A stretch of 64,000 nucleotides of DNA from an uncultured Spirochaetaceae bacterium (GCA_944389105.1 CALXLD010000001.1:1209-65208), one strand, 5' to 3'. Shown: positions 9,351 through 19,477, numbered from the stretch's first letter. Notes: generated from the letters alone by a model not told the origin. Translations and numbers: made by a program.

Positions 9351-9383
9351 GGCTGCTGCAATCGGGGAGGATGTGCAGCAGCC
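9351..9383 (+). terminator. stem-loop after the asnC-type gene
   Basis: GGCTGCTGCA / TGCAGCAGCC forms a perfect 10-bp stem with a 13-nt loop. It is followed by a pyrimidine/T-rich tract, CCTTCCTTGTCTTTTCC. Confidence 0.45.
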
Positions 9384-9479
9384 CCTTCCTTGTCTTTTCC
9401 TGATATGAGAACAGCGGATTTTATAATCTTGATATGCTTTATCCGCTTTGGAGACCCTTTATTATGTATTGTCGTTTCA

Positions 9480-9488
9480 TGCTATAAT
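9480..9488 (+). promoter_or_regulatory. extended -10 element (TGcTATAAT) upstream of the DHOD-like gene
   Basis: TGCTATAAT at 9480-9488. SD AAGGAG lies at 9501-9506 and the ATG at 9514. No good -35 is present. Confidence 0.35.
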
Positions 9489-9513
9489 AAACAAGTTAAT
9501 AAGGAGTTTTTCT

Positions 9514-10482
9514 ATGATTTCGGCTAAATATATGGGACTTGGGCTTAAATCACCTGTAATTGTATCATCAGGTCCTCTTACACAGAATATAGTATCGCTG
9601 AAGAAGGCTGAAGACGCTGGAGCTGGAGCAGTTGTTCTCAAATCGATTTTCGAGGAACAGATTGAAAAAGATGTGTCATCTGAGCTTGAGAGCAATGCTG
9701 AATACCTTGGACATTCGGAAGAATCATACGCTGCGTTCTCCAGGGATCGCTATATCGATCGTTATATGAAGCTTCTCACAGAGGCAAAGAAAACTCTTTC
9801 CATTCCTGTGATTGCATCTGTAAATGCAAAGACTATGGATAACTGGATTGAGTATGCAGAGCGCTTTGTGAAGTGCGGAGCAGATGGCATTGAGCTGAAT
9901 TACTATCCTATATCATCGGAATCCGGTGTCAGCGGGGCAGAAGTTGACAAGAAGATTCTTGCGTTTGCTTCAAAAGCCAGAGCTGCGATAGATGGACCTC
10001 TTTCCATCAAGATAGGTTACAAATATTCCTCACTTGCAAATATCATCTCATCTCTTGATAAAATCGGGGTTGATGGTATTGTCCTTTTCAACAGGTTCTT
10101 CAGACCGGATATTGATATCGAGAAAATTCAGATTTCTGCAGGTTCTCCGGTATCTGAGCCTTCAGAATATGGAGAGGCTCTCAGGTGGATTGGCCTCATG
10201 AGCGGAGAGGTCAAGGCTGATCTTTGCGGAAATACAGGTATACATAACGGTGAGACAGCTGTGAAAATGCTTCTGTCGGGAGCAAAGGCCGTTGAGATAT
10301 GTACAGCTGTCATCCAGAAAGGTTTTTCAGTGATAGGAGAGATAAACTCATTCATTGATGACTGGATGGGCCGCCATGGCTATTCATCGCTGGATGATTT
10401 CATTGGCCTCCTTTCCCAGGAGCATATTGCTGACGGATGGAAGTGGGAGAGAACACAGTTCCTGAAAACAATAGGTGAGTGA
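9514..10482 (+). CDS. dihydroorotate dehydrogenase-like (class 1 DHOD fold) protein
   Basis: MISAKYMGLGLKSPVIVSSGPLT, AGAVVLKSIFEEQ and a TIM-barrel flavoenzyme pattern (IELNYYP, VLFNRF). I moved the start from 9448 to the SD-preceded ATG at 9514. Confidence 0.7.
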   Translation: MISAKYMGLGLKSPVIVSSGPLTQNIVSLKKAEDAGAGAVVLKSIFEEQIEKDVSSELESNAEYLGHSEESYAAFSRDRYIDRYMKLLTEAKKTLSIPVIASVNAKTMDNWIEYAERFVKCGADGIELNYYPISSESGVSGAEVDKKILAFASKARAAIDGPLSIKIGYKYSSLANIISSLDKIGVDGIVLFNRFFRPDIDIEKIQISAGSPVSEPSEYGEALRWIGLMSGEVKADLCGNTGIHNGETAVKMLLSGAKAVEICTAVIQKGFSVIGEINSFIDDWMGRHGYSSLDDFIGLLSQEHIADGWKWERTQFLKTIGE

Positions 10483-10488
10483 GGGACT

Positions 10489-11616
10489 ATGGATTTCTCT
10501 AAATACAGCAATATAGCACCATATCGTGGTAAGGATTTTCAGGATGCGATAAAGAGGGTTCTGGATAAGAGAGAGTATCTCGGAGCTTTTGTTTCCATGC
10601 TCGTTGGCAATGATCTGGAGGCTGTGTATTCATACCTTGGAAGCATTCTGGATAATATAGGGAAAGTCAGTTCATATCCTGAGTTTCAGAAGAGGATTAC
10701 TGCCGGGATATTCGTTCCTACGATAATAGGACGTACGATGGAATCGTTCTCTGATTCAGGGTATGATTCGATAGATTCGGAAAAAGGCTATCTGTTCCTT
10801 TCGAATCACAGGGATATAATCCTTGACTGTGCGCTTCTTGATTATACTCTTCTGACACATAACAAGCCTCTCTGCGAGATGGCTTTTGGTGATAACCTGA
10901 TGATGAATCAGTTTATTGAGGATTTGTTCAGGCTTAATGGCGGAATCATAGTGCGGCGCGCTCTTGGGATGAAGGAGAAATACCTCTCTACAATCGAGCT
11001 TTCATCATATTTTGTCGATGTTATTACAGAAGAGAATATCTCGGTGTGGCTCGCACAGCGGCCAGGAAGAGCCAAGGATGGAGTTGATGAGACCCAGCCT
11101 TCAATCATCAAGATGCTTTATCTGTCGCAGAAAGGAAAGGGTGAGTCATTCTCAGAGCTTATAAACAGAATGAATATCCTTCCTATCTCAATAAGCTATG
11201 AATATGATCCTAATGATATAAACAAAGGGCGTGAAGAGGTGCTTAGAAGCCAGCATCATGGTGAATATGAGAAGAAGAGATATGAAGATCTTATTTCCAT
11301 GACACGTGGTCTGAAAGCCAGAAAGGGCAGGGTGCATCTTGCTGTTGGTACTCCTGTTAAGGGGGATTTCAGCACACCGGAGGAAGTCGCTCGTGAGGTT
11401 GATAGGCAGATTCATCTGAATTACAAGCTCTGGGATACGAACATGTTTGCCTATGATTATCTGGAGAAAAGCGATAGGTTTGCTTCAGAGCTTTCAGATT
11501 TCGATGGAGATGAATTCCTTTCCAGATTTGCTCACCTTTCTCCTGTTGTCAGGGATTTTGTTCTCAATAGTTATGCAAATCCAGTTCGCTCCCGTCTTAT
11601 GGAGGAAGAGGCATGA
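10489..11616 (+). CDS. PlsC-family acyltransferase
   Basis: The HX4D motif appears in FLSNHRDIILDC, within a glycerolipid acyltransferase-like layout. Confidence 0.65.
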   Translation: MDFSKYSNIAPYRGKDFQDAIKRVLDKREYLGAFVSMLVGNDLEAVYSYLGSILDNIGKVSSYPEFQKRITAGIFVPTIIGRTMESFSDSGYDSIDSEKGYLFLSNHRDIILDCALLDYTLLTHNKPLCEMAFGDNLMMNQFIEDLFRLNGGIIVRRALGMKEKYLSTIELSSYFVDVITEENISVWLAQRPGRAKDGVDETQPSIIKMLYLSQKGKGESFSELINRMNILPISISYEYDPNDINKGREEVLRSQHHGEYEKKRYEDLISMTRGLKARKGRVHLAVGTPVKGDFSTPEEVAREVDRQIHLNYKLWDTNMFAYDYLEKSDRFASELSDFDGDEFLSRFAHLSPVVRDFVLNSYANPVRSRLMEEEA

Positions 11617-12203
11617 GAATGCTCTGGCTTTTTGCCGTGCTCCTTCTTTCTTCATGTGCAGCTGAGCAGTTCTCAGTTTCATCCCTCTCTATGGATATGG
11701 AGAGAGAAATTGTTATTTCAGAAGCTGCCAGTGAAAGCAATACGCTTTCTGTTTCGGCGGTTTTCTCATCACCTGATAATTCCTATACTTTCCGCATAGT
11801 CTCCCCGGATGGGGATCTTGTATGGGAGGGAGCTTTTTCCGGAAGCGGAAGTGATAAAACCTCGGAGACTCTGGAGATCACGCCCGGAGCTGTTTTTCCC
11901 CAGGGCGAGTACTCTCTTCTGATTTATTCGGATAACGGAACCGAAGTAGAGGAAAGCTTGTCCCTGGATTATGACGAAGGAATCCGGCATTTTGAGAACG
12001 GCCTGCTTTCAGGGAGTGCTTATGTAAGAGAGCTTGATGAAGCTGGAAACATAATCTCCGAAGGCAGCCGCAGCATGGGATATGAGATTCTCCAGGACAC
12101 TGTTACTGCTGAAATTGATTATCAGGATAGCTATGGACAGAGCGTCAGTGTCACTGAGTTCTTCCAACCATCAGCCTCAGATCCTTCTCCTTCAGCTTTA
12201 TGA
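11613..12203 (+). CDS. putative lipoprotein
   Basis: MRMLWLFAVLLLSSCAAE carries a lipobox. The gene overlaps the upstream stop by 4 nt. Its 3' end overlaps mutL convergently by 53 nt. Confidence 0.6.
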   Translation: MRMLWLFAVLLLSSCAAEQFSVSSLSMDMEREIVISEAASESNTLSVSAVFSSPDNSYTFRIVSPDGDLVWEGAFSGSGSDKTSETLEITPGAVFPQGEYSLLIYSDNGTEVEESLSLDYDEGIRHFENGLLSGSAYVRELDEAGNIISEGSRSMGYEILQDTVTAEIDYQDSYGQSVSVTEFFQPSASDPSPSAL

Positions 12204-13950
12204 GGAAGGTCCGTCCGTGAGGGCAGGCTGGTTCAGATAGCTGGAAAACCTTCTCAAGCAGTGCTTCTGCACTCCATCTGTCTATGTCATCACCTGCTTT
12301 TATCGCAGCTTTGCAAGCTATGATAGCGAAAAGTCTTGATTCAAGCTCTTTCTCATCAAGCCTTGATGATTCTATGAAGTCAATAATCTCGCTTTCAACA
12401 GCTCTGCATGAAGCCGGTAATGCATTTATTTCCCAGACCCCTTCGCCGGTTCTGGAAAGCATTATTCCGAGTTTTGTATATACTTCAGCGTGCCGCTGCA
12501 GGAATTCATCTCCGATATTATCAAGCTCAAGCTTTATGGGAACCAGCAGAGACTGTACCGTTTTCTGCGAAAGAAGCTCATCATAGAGTATCCTCTCGTG
12601 CGCTGCATGCTGGTCAACAAGATATAGCTCGCCATCTGCTTCAGCTATCAGGAAGAGATGGAATGCCTGTCCTATATACCTAAAATGAATCTTATCTTCT
12701 TTTTTTGCTTCCTGCTGTTCAGGACGCTCCTCATGCTTCTGCAGCCTAGCTTCCTGAAGGGCTTTGGCTTTTTCCAGCCATCTGGCATCCTTTTCCCTGT
12801 ATTCTTTCGATATCTTCTCAGAAAGGTGGCTCTCTCCGTGCTGCCAGCTGGTATGGCGAGGAGCCTGTTCCTCCTTTCTTTCAGGAATGAAGGAGGCAGT
12901 GCTATGCTTTGAGTTTTCAAGATAGAATTCTTTCTGAACCGGAGTTATCTGAGGGATTTTTCTCTTTATCCCATTCTGAAGAAGAGTAGTGATAGCATGG
13001 TGGATCTCTGCTTTATTCCTTATCCTCACTTCTCGCTTTGCCGGATGAATATTGAAGTCAACAAGTTCCGGATTATCGTTGATGAATACTGCTGCATAAG
13101 GAAAAGAGCCGCCGGGAAGAAGTTCGCCGTATCCATATGTTACTGCCTGGATAATCGAGAATTCGTCAACCGGACGATTGTTTACGTAAACTCTTATTTC
13201 CTTTCTATCAGAGCGTTTTACGGCAGAGTTTCCTGCGATTATATCGACTGAGAAATCATCCCCGTCAACGTGCAGTGCTTCCACATCTGCATCAGCTATT
13301 CCTTCGGTTCTGTAAAGGAACATAACTCTCTCTTTCAGTGTTTCGCATTTCGGCCAGTCCAGGCGAATAGCTCCATCTGAAACAAAAGTGAACCGTACAT
13401 GTGGAAATGCCAGAGCCTTTGAGATCAGCAGCTGTCTGCACATGGCGGCTTCGGAACTTGCTCTTTTCAGAAATGAACGCCGTGCTGGGATTTCGGAAAA
13501 GAGATTCTCTGATGTTACTGTAGTTCCTCGATCAGGGGAGGATGAGGATATTTCTTCCCTGTGTCCGTTGTCTATTACAAGTGTGGATCCTTCTCCTGAT
13601 TCCCTGGAGTAGGTTGATACAGTGAGTTTTGAAACAGCTCCTATTGAATATAGAGCCTCACCCCGGAAGCCAAGGGTTCTTATATCATAAAGATCATCCT
13701 GCGTGTGGATCTTGCTCGTTGCATGTCTTGTTCCAAGCAGCTTGAGATCCTCTCTCTGAATACCGCTGCCGTTATCGGAAACGGAGAGTCTGTCTATGCC
13801 TCCGCCATCGATTGATACTCTTATTTCATCGGCTCCGGCATCTATGGCATTGTCCAGAAGTTCTCTCAGGACTGACTGCGGTCTTTCAATAACCTCTCCT
13901 GCGGCTATCCGCGAGGAGAGGAGTGGGTCAAGTAAATTGATTCTGGCCAT
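12151..13950 (-). CDS. mutL: DNA mismatch repair protein MutL
   Basis: The GHKL ATPase N-terminus is present: IAAGEVIERPQSVLRELLDNAIDAGA, DNGSGI and LGFRGEAL. The C-terminal endonuclease/dimerisation motifs are DQHAAHERILYE and CPHGR. Confidence 0.92.
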   Translation of the reverse strand: MARINLLDPLLSSRIAAGEVIERPQSVLRELLDNAIDAGADEIRVSIDGGGIDRLSVSDNGSGIQREDLKLLGTRHATSKIHTQDDLYDIRTLGFRGEALYSIGAVSKLTVSTYSRESGEGSTLVIDNGHREEISSSSPDRGTTVTSENLFSEIPARRSFLKRASSEAAMCRQLLISKALAFPHVRFTFVSDGAIRLDWPKCETLKERVMFLYRTEGIADADVEALHVDGDDFSVDIIAGNSAVKRSDRKEIRVYVNNRPVDEFSIIQAVTYGYGELLPGGSFPYAAVFINDNPELVDFNIHPAKREVRIRNKAEIHHAITTLLQNGIKRKIPQITPVQKEFYLENSKHSTASFIPERKEEQAPRHTSWQHGESHLSEKISKEYREKDARWLEKAKALQEARLQKHEERPEQQEAKKEDKIHFRYIGQAFHLFLIAEADGELYLVDQHAAHERILYDELLSQKTVQSLLVPIKLELDNIGDEFLQRHAEVYTKLGIMLSRTGEGVWEINALPASCRAVESEIIDFIESSRLDEKELESRLFAIIACKAAIKAGDDIDRWSAEALLEKVFQLSEPACPHGRTFLIKLKEKDLRLMVGRTQ

Positions 13951-16900
13951 CAGAAGGAGAGCCTTGCCTTCATCATGAGACGTACATCAGCCTGATCCTT
14001 GTGTGCCGGAACATTGATGTATTCGCTTGTGCCGTTATCGAAGGAGGACTGAAGCTCTGCTGTAAATCCGACTCTGCTGAATGAGAAGTCAGCTCCGACT
14101 GAGAAAAGCGCATCAGTTGTTATATAGTCCATGAATGGCAGGCTATTTCTGAATGATGATGTAAGATTGTCCTTTGCAAAAGATGCATAGAGCTTTACTT
14201 CATCATTGATGTTTCCGCCAATTGCGAGAGAGAGATAATCTCCAGGTTCTGCAGCGTATCCAAGAAGATCATTTACGCTGTATGTTGCCTCGAATCCGAT
14301 AAAATCGAAGTCAAGTGCAATTGAAGCCGCTGCATAGTATTTAAGGTCGTTGTTTCCTTCCCTTGCTGCGATTTCGCTGAGCGTTCCAGCTGTATCATTC
14401 ATAGCAGAAGAAAGCTCTGTGAAGATGTAAGGAGCGAGACGGCCATTGTTCCTGATGCCGCCATCAACGGATAATGCAACTGTTCCAAGATCCATTCTGA
14501 ACTGCAGACCAGCCATGTAATCATTCATAGCACCTGCTCCGAAATCATAGATGATGTTGGAATCCACCATTTCACCATTCTGATATACAGTTGAGATCTC
14601 TCCGCTTGCATATACGCTGATTTCATAGTTATCGGCAAATGGCACTGATACTCTGAATTCAGGATAGAAAAGAAGTGCATAATCGAGGAACGATGAAGTC
14701 ATCAGGACTTCTCCTGGGAGCGTAATGCTGATTGAAGGTCCGCCAAACTCTCCTGGATAGAATACAATTCCTCCTTCAACGATATGCGGTGCTTCTGCAT
14801 TGTCTGCATAAACCGCAAGCGAGAGGTTAGGGAAGTTGAATCCAAGTCTCAGGGCAAGCGCATCTTCATCTCCGTAATTGGAGAACAGCGTTCCGTTCTT
14901 TCTGTATTCTCTTTCTGCGTTGAGGTATGCAAGGCTAGAGGCAGGATCTCCAAGATCAATTCCCTCGATGAGAGCAAATGAATCTGTTACTGCACGGTAG
15001 ATTCTCATATCCTCATCGCTTTCATCTGCACCGAAATCCCAGCTTTCATAGCCATTGAAGCCACCCAGGATGAATCTGGAATCAGCATATGTCATTCTGA
15101 TAGGAGCTCTGAGGGCAATTGAGTAGTCCTCATTTCCGATGAAGACTTTCGGCGTTACTGTGAATACCGGTGATGTTTCTCCATCTGTAACAAGATATTC
15201 AAATCCTGTCTCGATTTCCGCTGTCAGCGGCAGGTGGCCGGAAAAGCCGGATGCTTTCTCACGATTTCTGCCGAACATGGATACGGAAGAGGCGAATGTA
15301 AGAGCGAAGCCGTCCTCTGCGTTATAGCTCATCATGAGCTTTGAATCGAGAGGTCCAAGATCGGTTCCGATACCGCCATAGTATTCCATATCTGCAGCAG
15401 CTTCATATATCTGTGCCCTGATTCCTCCAAAGAGGGTGAGTCCATAGAGGTTGAGATAAGCTGAAGCATCTGCGTAGCTATTGGTTGTGGAAATGCTGGA
15501 AGATCCGAGATCGATATCCATCCATCCCTCTGCCCTTACTCCAAATATATTGCTTCTATATTCTGCAAGAGCTCTTACTGTAACATAGTTGCCAGATGCT
15601 GGAGTGTAAAGCGTATTTCCGAGCATTCCGTAGTGCATGTTCTCTGTTGACCAGGCACCTCCGAGTTCGAATGTGAATCCGCTGAAGCTGAATGGTATTG
15701 ATGCTGCGATGAGCATGCCGTTTTCCGTGAATGGATTTACGGTGTAATCATCGAAGTATGCAGTTGCTGCAGAAGCCTTGAGACCAAGGTTGAAGTCACC
15801 CCACATCATAGGAATATAAATGGAAGCTTCCGGATACAGGTCTACGCTAAGAGCTTCAGGATTGAAGTTTACAGCTCCGCCGAATGTTATTGCCAGAGGA
15901 TAGCTGTCTCCAGTTCTGATAGTAAGCTCAAGTCCGCCGTTTCCGCTATTATCTCCAGCATTCCTGAATGAAAGATCATCGAACCATATGCGGTGACCAT
16001 AGTATTCGCTTGTGAATGTATGGTTCAGAGAGAGTGCCGGGAAAGCCCCATCGTAATTATGATTCAGCCCTGTAAAGAGTCCTGCCGTATCTCCAGGCAG
16101 ATAGCTTGTCCTATCAATTGCAAGAAGAACTGAATCACCGTAGTAGCTTATTTCATCGATGAAATCAGATGCAAAGCCAATCCAGTCTGTAACGCTTTCG
16201 TATTCTATTCCGCTGATTATTGCAAATGGATCGATATTGAGGGTGAGGGTAAATGATCCAATGCTAAGCGATGGCTGAATATATGCATTGATATTTTCTG
16301 TTCCATTCTGGCTGCCGTATACTCTTCCTCCAAGTCTGATATCAAAGATGCTCTCATCTTTTTCTGTAACCGCTGGTGGTGTAATCGGAGCAACATCAGG
16401 AAGAGCTGCAGGCTTTTCTTCTACAGCTGTTTCCGCAGCTTCTGTAACAGCTGTCTCCGGTTCTTCAGTTTCAGGTTCTGTGACAACCGCAGGCTCTGTA
16501 ATCTCTATAGGCTCTGTAACAGCTGTCTCTGGTTCTTCAGTTACAGGTTCTGTAACAACAGCAAGCTCTGTCGTTTCTGCAGGTTCCGCAATCTCTGCAG
16601 ATTCTGTGATTTCTGCAGCAGGGATAGTTTCCTTTCCGATCTCAATCAGAGTTGGTTCCTTGCTTACTTCAACCGATGGTTCTCCAATAGAAGGAGATGC
16701 CGGGATCCTTGTTTCTCTAGTGATATCAATAATGGTAGGAGAAGGAAGGCTGACTCCAATCTCTGGATTCCCGATTACAGGTGCCTGAGGAATCTGCTCT
16801 TCTGAGGTTTCTGCGGATGCCGGAATTGCTTCTTTTCTTGGCCATGCCAGATAGTTAAGCGTTTCCATAGGTCCGACTTCCTCATAAATTCCTCTTATTC

Positions 16901-17351
16901 CATCGAAAGCTGTAACGGAATGGGAAGAGTAATTGCTGAAGATTTCCTCATTATCGCTTGTTATAAAGGAATATTCCCCGCTTCCAGGAAGAAGTGTGGA
17001 TGTAACTGGTGTATAGACCGTCAGCTGAAGATCCCCAGCAGTTGCGATATCCATCTCTCCATAGAGAAGATAGAGCGAAGGTAAAGAGAGGTCGTAACCT
17101 GTCACTGCAAGAAGGGAATTGCCATTGAGGCGGATGGTCCCATAATCTGAAGTGAACGCAACACTCTCATCTGCTGTCCTTATGACCATCCCTGTCTCGC
17201 TTACTTCGGACATTGAATCGATTAGAGTTCCATCGGGAGAGTATATAGCGAGGTCATCGATATTACCTTCACTTAGTACTAAACCTGGGGAAGCGAACGA
17301 TGCAGACGTTAAAGCCAGCATGATCATAAGCAACGATAGAATCTTCTTCAT
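13950..17351 (-). CDS. large exported outer-membrane-like protein with an acidic E/T/P/A repeat linker
   Basis: 1133 aa with signal peptide MKKILSLLMIMLALTSASFA. An N-terminal roughly 200-aa domain is followed by an acidic linker (AEITESAEIAEPAETTELAVVTEPVTEEPETAVTEPIEITEPAVVTEPETEEPETAVTE). The remaining roughly 800 aa is Gly/Tyr/Phe-rich and ends in a C-terminal Phe (KARLSF). Its TGA stop overlaps the mutL ATG by 1 nt. Confidence 0.7.
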   Translation of the reverse strand: MKKILSLLMIMLALTSASFASPGLVLSEGNIDDLAIYSPDGTLIDSMSEVSETGMVIRTADESVAFTSDYGTIRLNGNSLLAVTGYDLSLPSLYLLYGEMDIATAGDLQLTVYTPVTSTLLPGSGEYSFITSDNEEIFSNYSSHSVTAFDGIRGIYEEVGPMETLNYLAWPRKEAIPASAETSEEQIPQAPVIGNPEIGVSLPSPTIIDITRETRIPASPSIGEPSVEVSKEPTLIEIGKETIPAAEITESAEIAEPAETTELAVVTEPVTEEPETAVTEPIEITEPAVVTEPETEEPETAVTEAAETAVEEKPAALPDVAPITPPAVTEKDESIFDIRLGGRVYGSQNGTENINAYIQPSLSIGSFTLTLNIDPFAIISGIEYESVTDWIGFASDFIDEISYYGDSVLLAIDRTSYLPGDTAGLFTGLNHNYDGAFPALSLNHTFTSEYYGHRIWFDDLSFRNAGDNSGNGGLELTIRTGDSYPLAITFGGAVNFNPEALSVDLYPEASIYIPMMWGDFNLGLKASAATAYFDDYTVNPFTENGMLIAASIPFSFSGFTFELGGAWSTENMHYGMLGNTLYTPASGNYVTVRALAEYRSNIFGVRAEGWMDIDLGSSSISTTNSYADASAYLNLYGLTLFGGIRAQIYEAAADMEYYGGIGTDLGPLDSKLMMSYNAEDGFALTFASSVSMFGRNREKASGFSGHLPLTAEIETGFEYLVTDGETSPVFTVTPKVFIGNEDYSIALRAPIRMTYADSRFILGGFNGYESWDFGADESDEDMRIYRAVTDSFALIEGIDLGDPASSLAYLNAEREYRKNGTLFSNYGDEDALALRLGFNFPNLSLAVYADNAEAPHIVEGGIVFYPGEFGGPSISITLPGEVLMTSSFLDYALLFYPEFRVSVPFADNYEISVYASGEISTVYQNGEMVDSNIIYDFGAGAMNDYMAGLQFRMDLGTVALSVDGGIRNNGRLAPYIFTELSSAMNDTAGTLSEIAAREGNNDLKYYAAASIALDFDFIGFEATYSVNDLLGYAAEPGDYLSLAIGGNINDEVKLYASFAKDNLTSSFRNSLPFMDYITTDALFSVGADFSFSRVGFTAELQSSFDNGTSEYINVPAHKDQADVRLMMKARLSF
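16441..16584 (-). repeat. in-frame tandem repeat, 2 x 72 bp, encoding the acidic linker
   Basis: Unit 1 (16441-16512) and unit 2 (16513-16584) are near-identical over the first roughly 57 nt: TCTGTAACAGCTGTCTC(C/T)GGTTCTTCAGTT(T/A)CAGGTTCTGT.... Confidence 0.8.
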
Positions 17352-17436
17352 AGACTTTCACCCTCCAGACAAATGTCTGACTAGTGTCATTTTAGCACAG
17401 GAGAATAAATAAAGACCACAGATTTTAACTCTGTAG

Positions 17437-18216
17437 TTATCTGTTGTCATTTTTCCTTGCATCCATAAGGCATTCAGAGAAGTCGTGAGAGTTGTAAATG
17501 TGCTCTCTTGTCAGCTTGTCTATATGCGAAAGCTCCTGGATTATGGGCTTCAGCCTTGCCCTGACATTTGTCTGGTCATAAGGGCATACTGGTTTTATGA
17601 CAGGAAGATCATAAAGCTCTGCAAGCCTTCTCGTTACACTTTCCCTTGTTTCAATAAGAGGTCTTATTATATGCATTTTCCCGGAGAAGAATTCCTGGAC
17701 GGGAAGCATTGTCGAAAAAGAAGCGCGGAAGCAGAGATTCATGAGAGTTGTCTCCGCCAGATCATCAAGGTGATGTCCCATTGCTATGAGCTTTGTTCCC
17801 GTTTCTTCAGCATAGCTGAAAAGAATTCTTCTTCTGTTTCTTGCACACAGGTAACAGTTGAAATCATCACGGAAGGATGTCGGAAACTGCGATTCATCCT
17901 TGATCTGGAAGGATATATCAAGTGCATCGAAATATTCATGAAGCTTATCTCTGTATTCTTCGGGGATAGGGTGCTCTATCCAGTTGATCATGAGCGCTCT
18001 GAGCGAATAGGTGACAGGCAGCCATTTCCTTCTGATTGACAGCGCCAGGGCAAGGGCAAGCGAGTCCTTTCCGCCTGAAGCTGCTATCAGCACATCATCT
18101 CCTTCCTGGATCATTCTGTAATGGTTGATTGCTTTCCCCGTTCCTTTTATGAATCGCATGACCCAAGGGGGGATGTCCCCTTCGATAAGATTCCTATAAG
18201 GCAGTTTTTCATCCAT
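17437..18216 (-). CDS. PP-loop ATPase, TtcA-family tRNA thiolation protein
   Basis: SGGKDS PP-loop, a CYLCARNRRR CxxC motif, and CPYD. SD GGAGG lies 6 nt upstream of ATG 18216, so I trimmed the ORF-track start from 18246. Confidence 0.75.
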   Translation of the reverse strand: MDEKLPYRNLIEGDIPPWVMRFIKGTGKAINHYRMIQEGDDVLIAASGGKDSLALALALSIRRKWLPVTYSLRALMINWIEHPIPEEYRDKLHEYFDALDISFQIKDESQFPTSFRDDFNCYLCARNRRRILFSYAEETGTKLIAMGHHLDDLAETTLMNLCFRASFSTMLPVQEFFSGKMHIIRPLIETRESVTRRLAELYDLPVIKPVCPYDQTNVRARLKPIIQELSHIDKLTREHIYNSHDFSECLMDARKNDNR

Positions 18217-19477
18217 TGGATACCTCCATGAATGCACCTTCTGCATCTTTCTGGTCTATGTATGGAGGAAGGTAAAGGGCAACCTTTCTGAGATTCTTTG
18301 AGAAGAATGGACCTGCTTTCGAGAAAAGCATTTCATCTTCTCCTGGGCTGTCGGAAAGGCCGTTTTCCCTGAGAATCCTGACTTCTGTCTCAAAGCTTAT
18401 CGGTTCAGGAATATCTATGATTACCTCATATTCCCGCAGTCCCGGGTATCTGGATGAAAGCATGCTGAAGATTTCATTTTCCGTTTCATACCGCTTTGCG
18501 ATATCCGAGGCTTTTGCTTCCAGTTTCCCATTCCTGTCATAGGGTTTCCATACAAGGCGCTCCTCGATTGAGCCATCCTCAACCATCTCAACAAGCGAAA
18601 ATGGTTCATAGTCATCATGCATCCTGCATAAGCTCAGGAATGAATAGTCATCACACAGATATAGATCATCCAGTTTTATGACACCATCCCGCAATCCTGA
18701 TAGCACAGCTTTCTTTATCATTGCTGTAGCGCCTCTTACTCCCTTATGCCAGTAAAGGTTGCGGTACATCATGTATTTTGAGAACAGAACCTGCTCAACA
18801 AGAGAAATCGCTCCTTCATCAAGTGCTATCCTTCCATCAGAGAGAGCCATGGAGGCAATTATGTAGCTTGTATCCTGTTTTCCATAGGGAATCCCTGCAA
18901 AGAAAGCATCGCGTGACAGGTAGTCAAGCTTATCCGGATCAAGTGTTCCGGAAAGGATGCTCCTGTAGAAAAGCGCTTCTGCATCATCTGTGTCTTTTTT
19001 TGTATCTATTATCAGACCTGTCATTACAGGATCTGCTCCTGTACGTTCCACGGCCTTTTCCAGCTCCGGAACCCCTGTTATGAGTTCTCTTGCTATTTCT
19101 TCGTGCTCTTTGACGGAAAGCTCCTTTAAGGAATGGGCATATGGAAAATGCCCGATGTCATGAAGAAGACATGCAGCAAGAAAGCTCATGAGCCCGGTTT
19201 CGGTAAAGGGCAGTTCCTGATTCCTCTTTGATAGTGCCGTCATTATTTCCCGGCCAAGATAATATACGCCTATCGAATGGCTTAAACGTGTATGTACAGC
19301 TCCTGGGTAAATATGGAAAGCTGGGCCATTCTGTTTGATCCTCGACAGCTTCTCAGCTTCTTTTACGTCGAGAATACCTCGTATCTCAGCTGTCATTGGT
19401 ATATTTCCCCAAAGGGGATCCTTCACAGTATGCGTGAATCCACGCATCAATATTCCTAAAGCATCATTTCCAGTCAC
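18209..19477 (-). CDS. HD-domain phosphohydrolase (COG1078 / SAMHD1-like dNTPase fold)
   Basis: RLSHSIGVYYLG and LLHDIGHFPYAHS form the HD motif, and DPDKLDYLSRD is also present. The start may be ATG 19447 rather than GTG 19477. Confidence 0.75.
   Translation of the reverse strand: MTGNDALGILMRGFTHTVKDPLWGNIPMTAEIRGILDVKEAEKLSRIKQNGPAFHIYPGAVHTRLSHSIGVYYLGREIMTALSKRNQELPFTETGLMSFLAACLLHDIGHFPYAHSLKELSVKEHEEIARELITGVPELEKAVERTGADPVMTGLIIDTKKDTDDAEALFYRSILSGTLDPDKLDYLSRDAFFAGIPYGKQDTSYIIASMALSDGRIALDEGAISLVEQVLFSKYMMYRNLYWHKGVRGATAMIKKAVLSGLRDGVIKLDDLYLCDDYSFLSLCRMHDDYEPFSLVEMVEDGSIEERLVWKPYDRNGKLEAKASDIAKRYETENEIFSMLSSRYPGLREYEVIIDIPEPISFETEVRILRENGLSDSPGEDEMLFSKAGPFFSKNLRKVALYLPPYIDQKDAEGAFMEVSNG

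Noticed and set aside
16441-16584. 72-bp tandem repeat as a CRISPR-like or non-coding repeat
   Set aside because: There are only two units, they are in frame, they lie inside a long CDS, and they encode a coherent acidic peptide repeat.
16288-16788. 166-aa plus-strand ORF rich in S/V/T/A/G
   Set aside because: It is the antisense shadow of the acidic E/T/P repeat of the 1133-aa minus-strand gene. It is low-complexity, has no SD, and is fully nested in a much better-supported CDS.
18209-19477. HD-domain dNTPase-like gene plus overlapping PP-loop gene as a nucleotide-depletion defence module
   Set aside because: Both look like conserved housekeeping families (a COG1078 HD hydrolase and a TtcA-type tRNA thiolase). 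Their context is housekeeping, their composition is normal, and there are no flanking mobile or defence genes. Nothing in the sequence supports a defence role.
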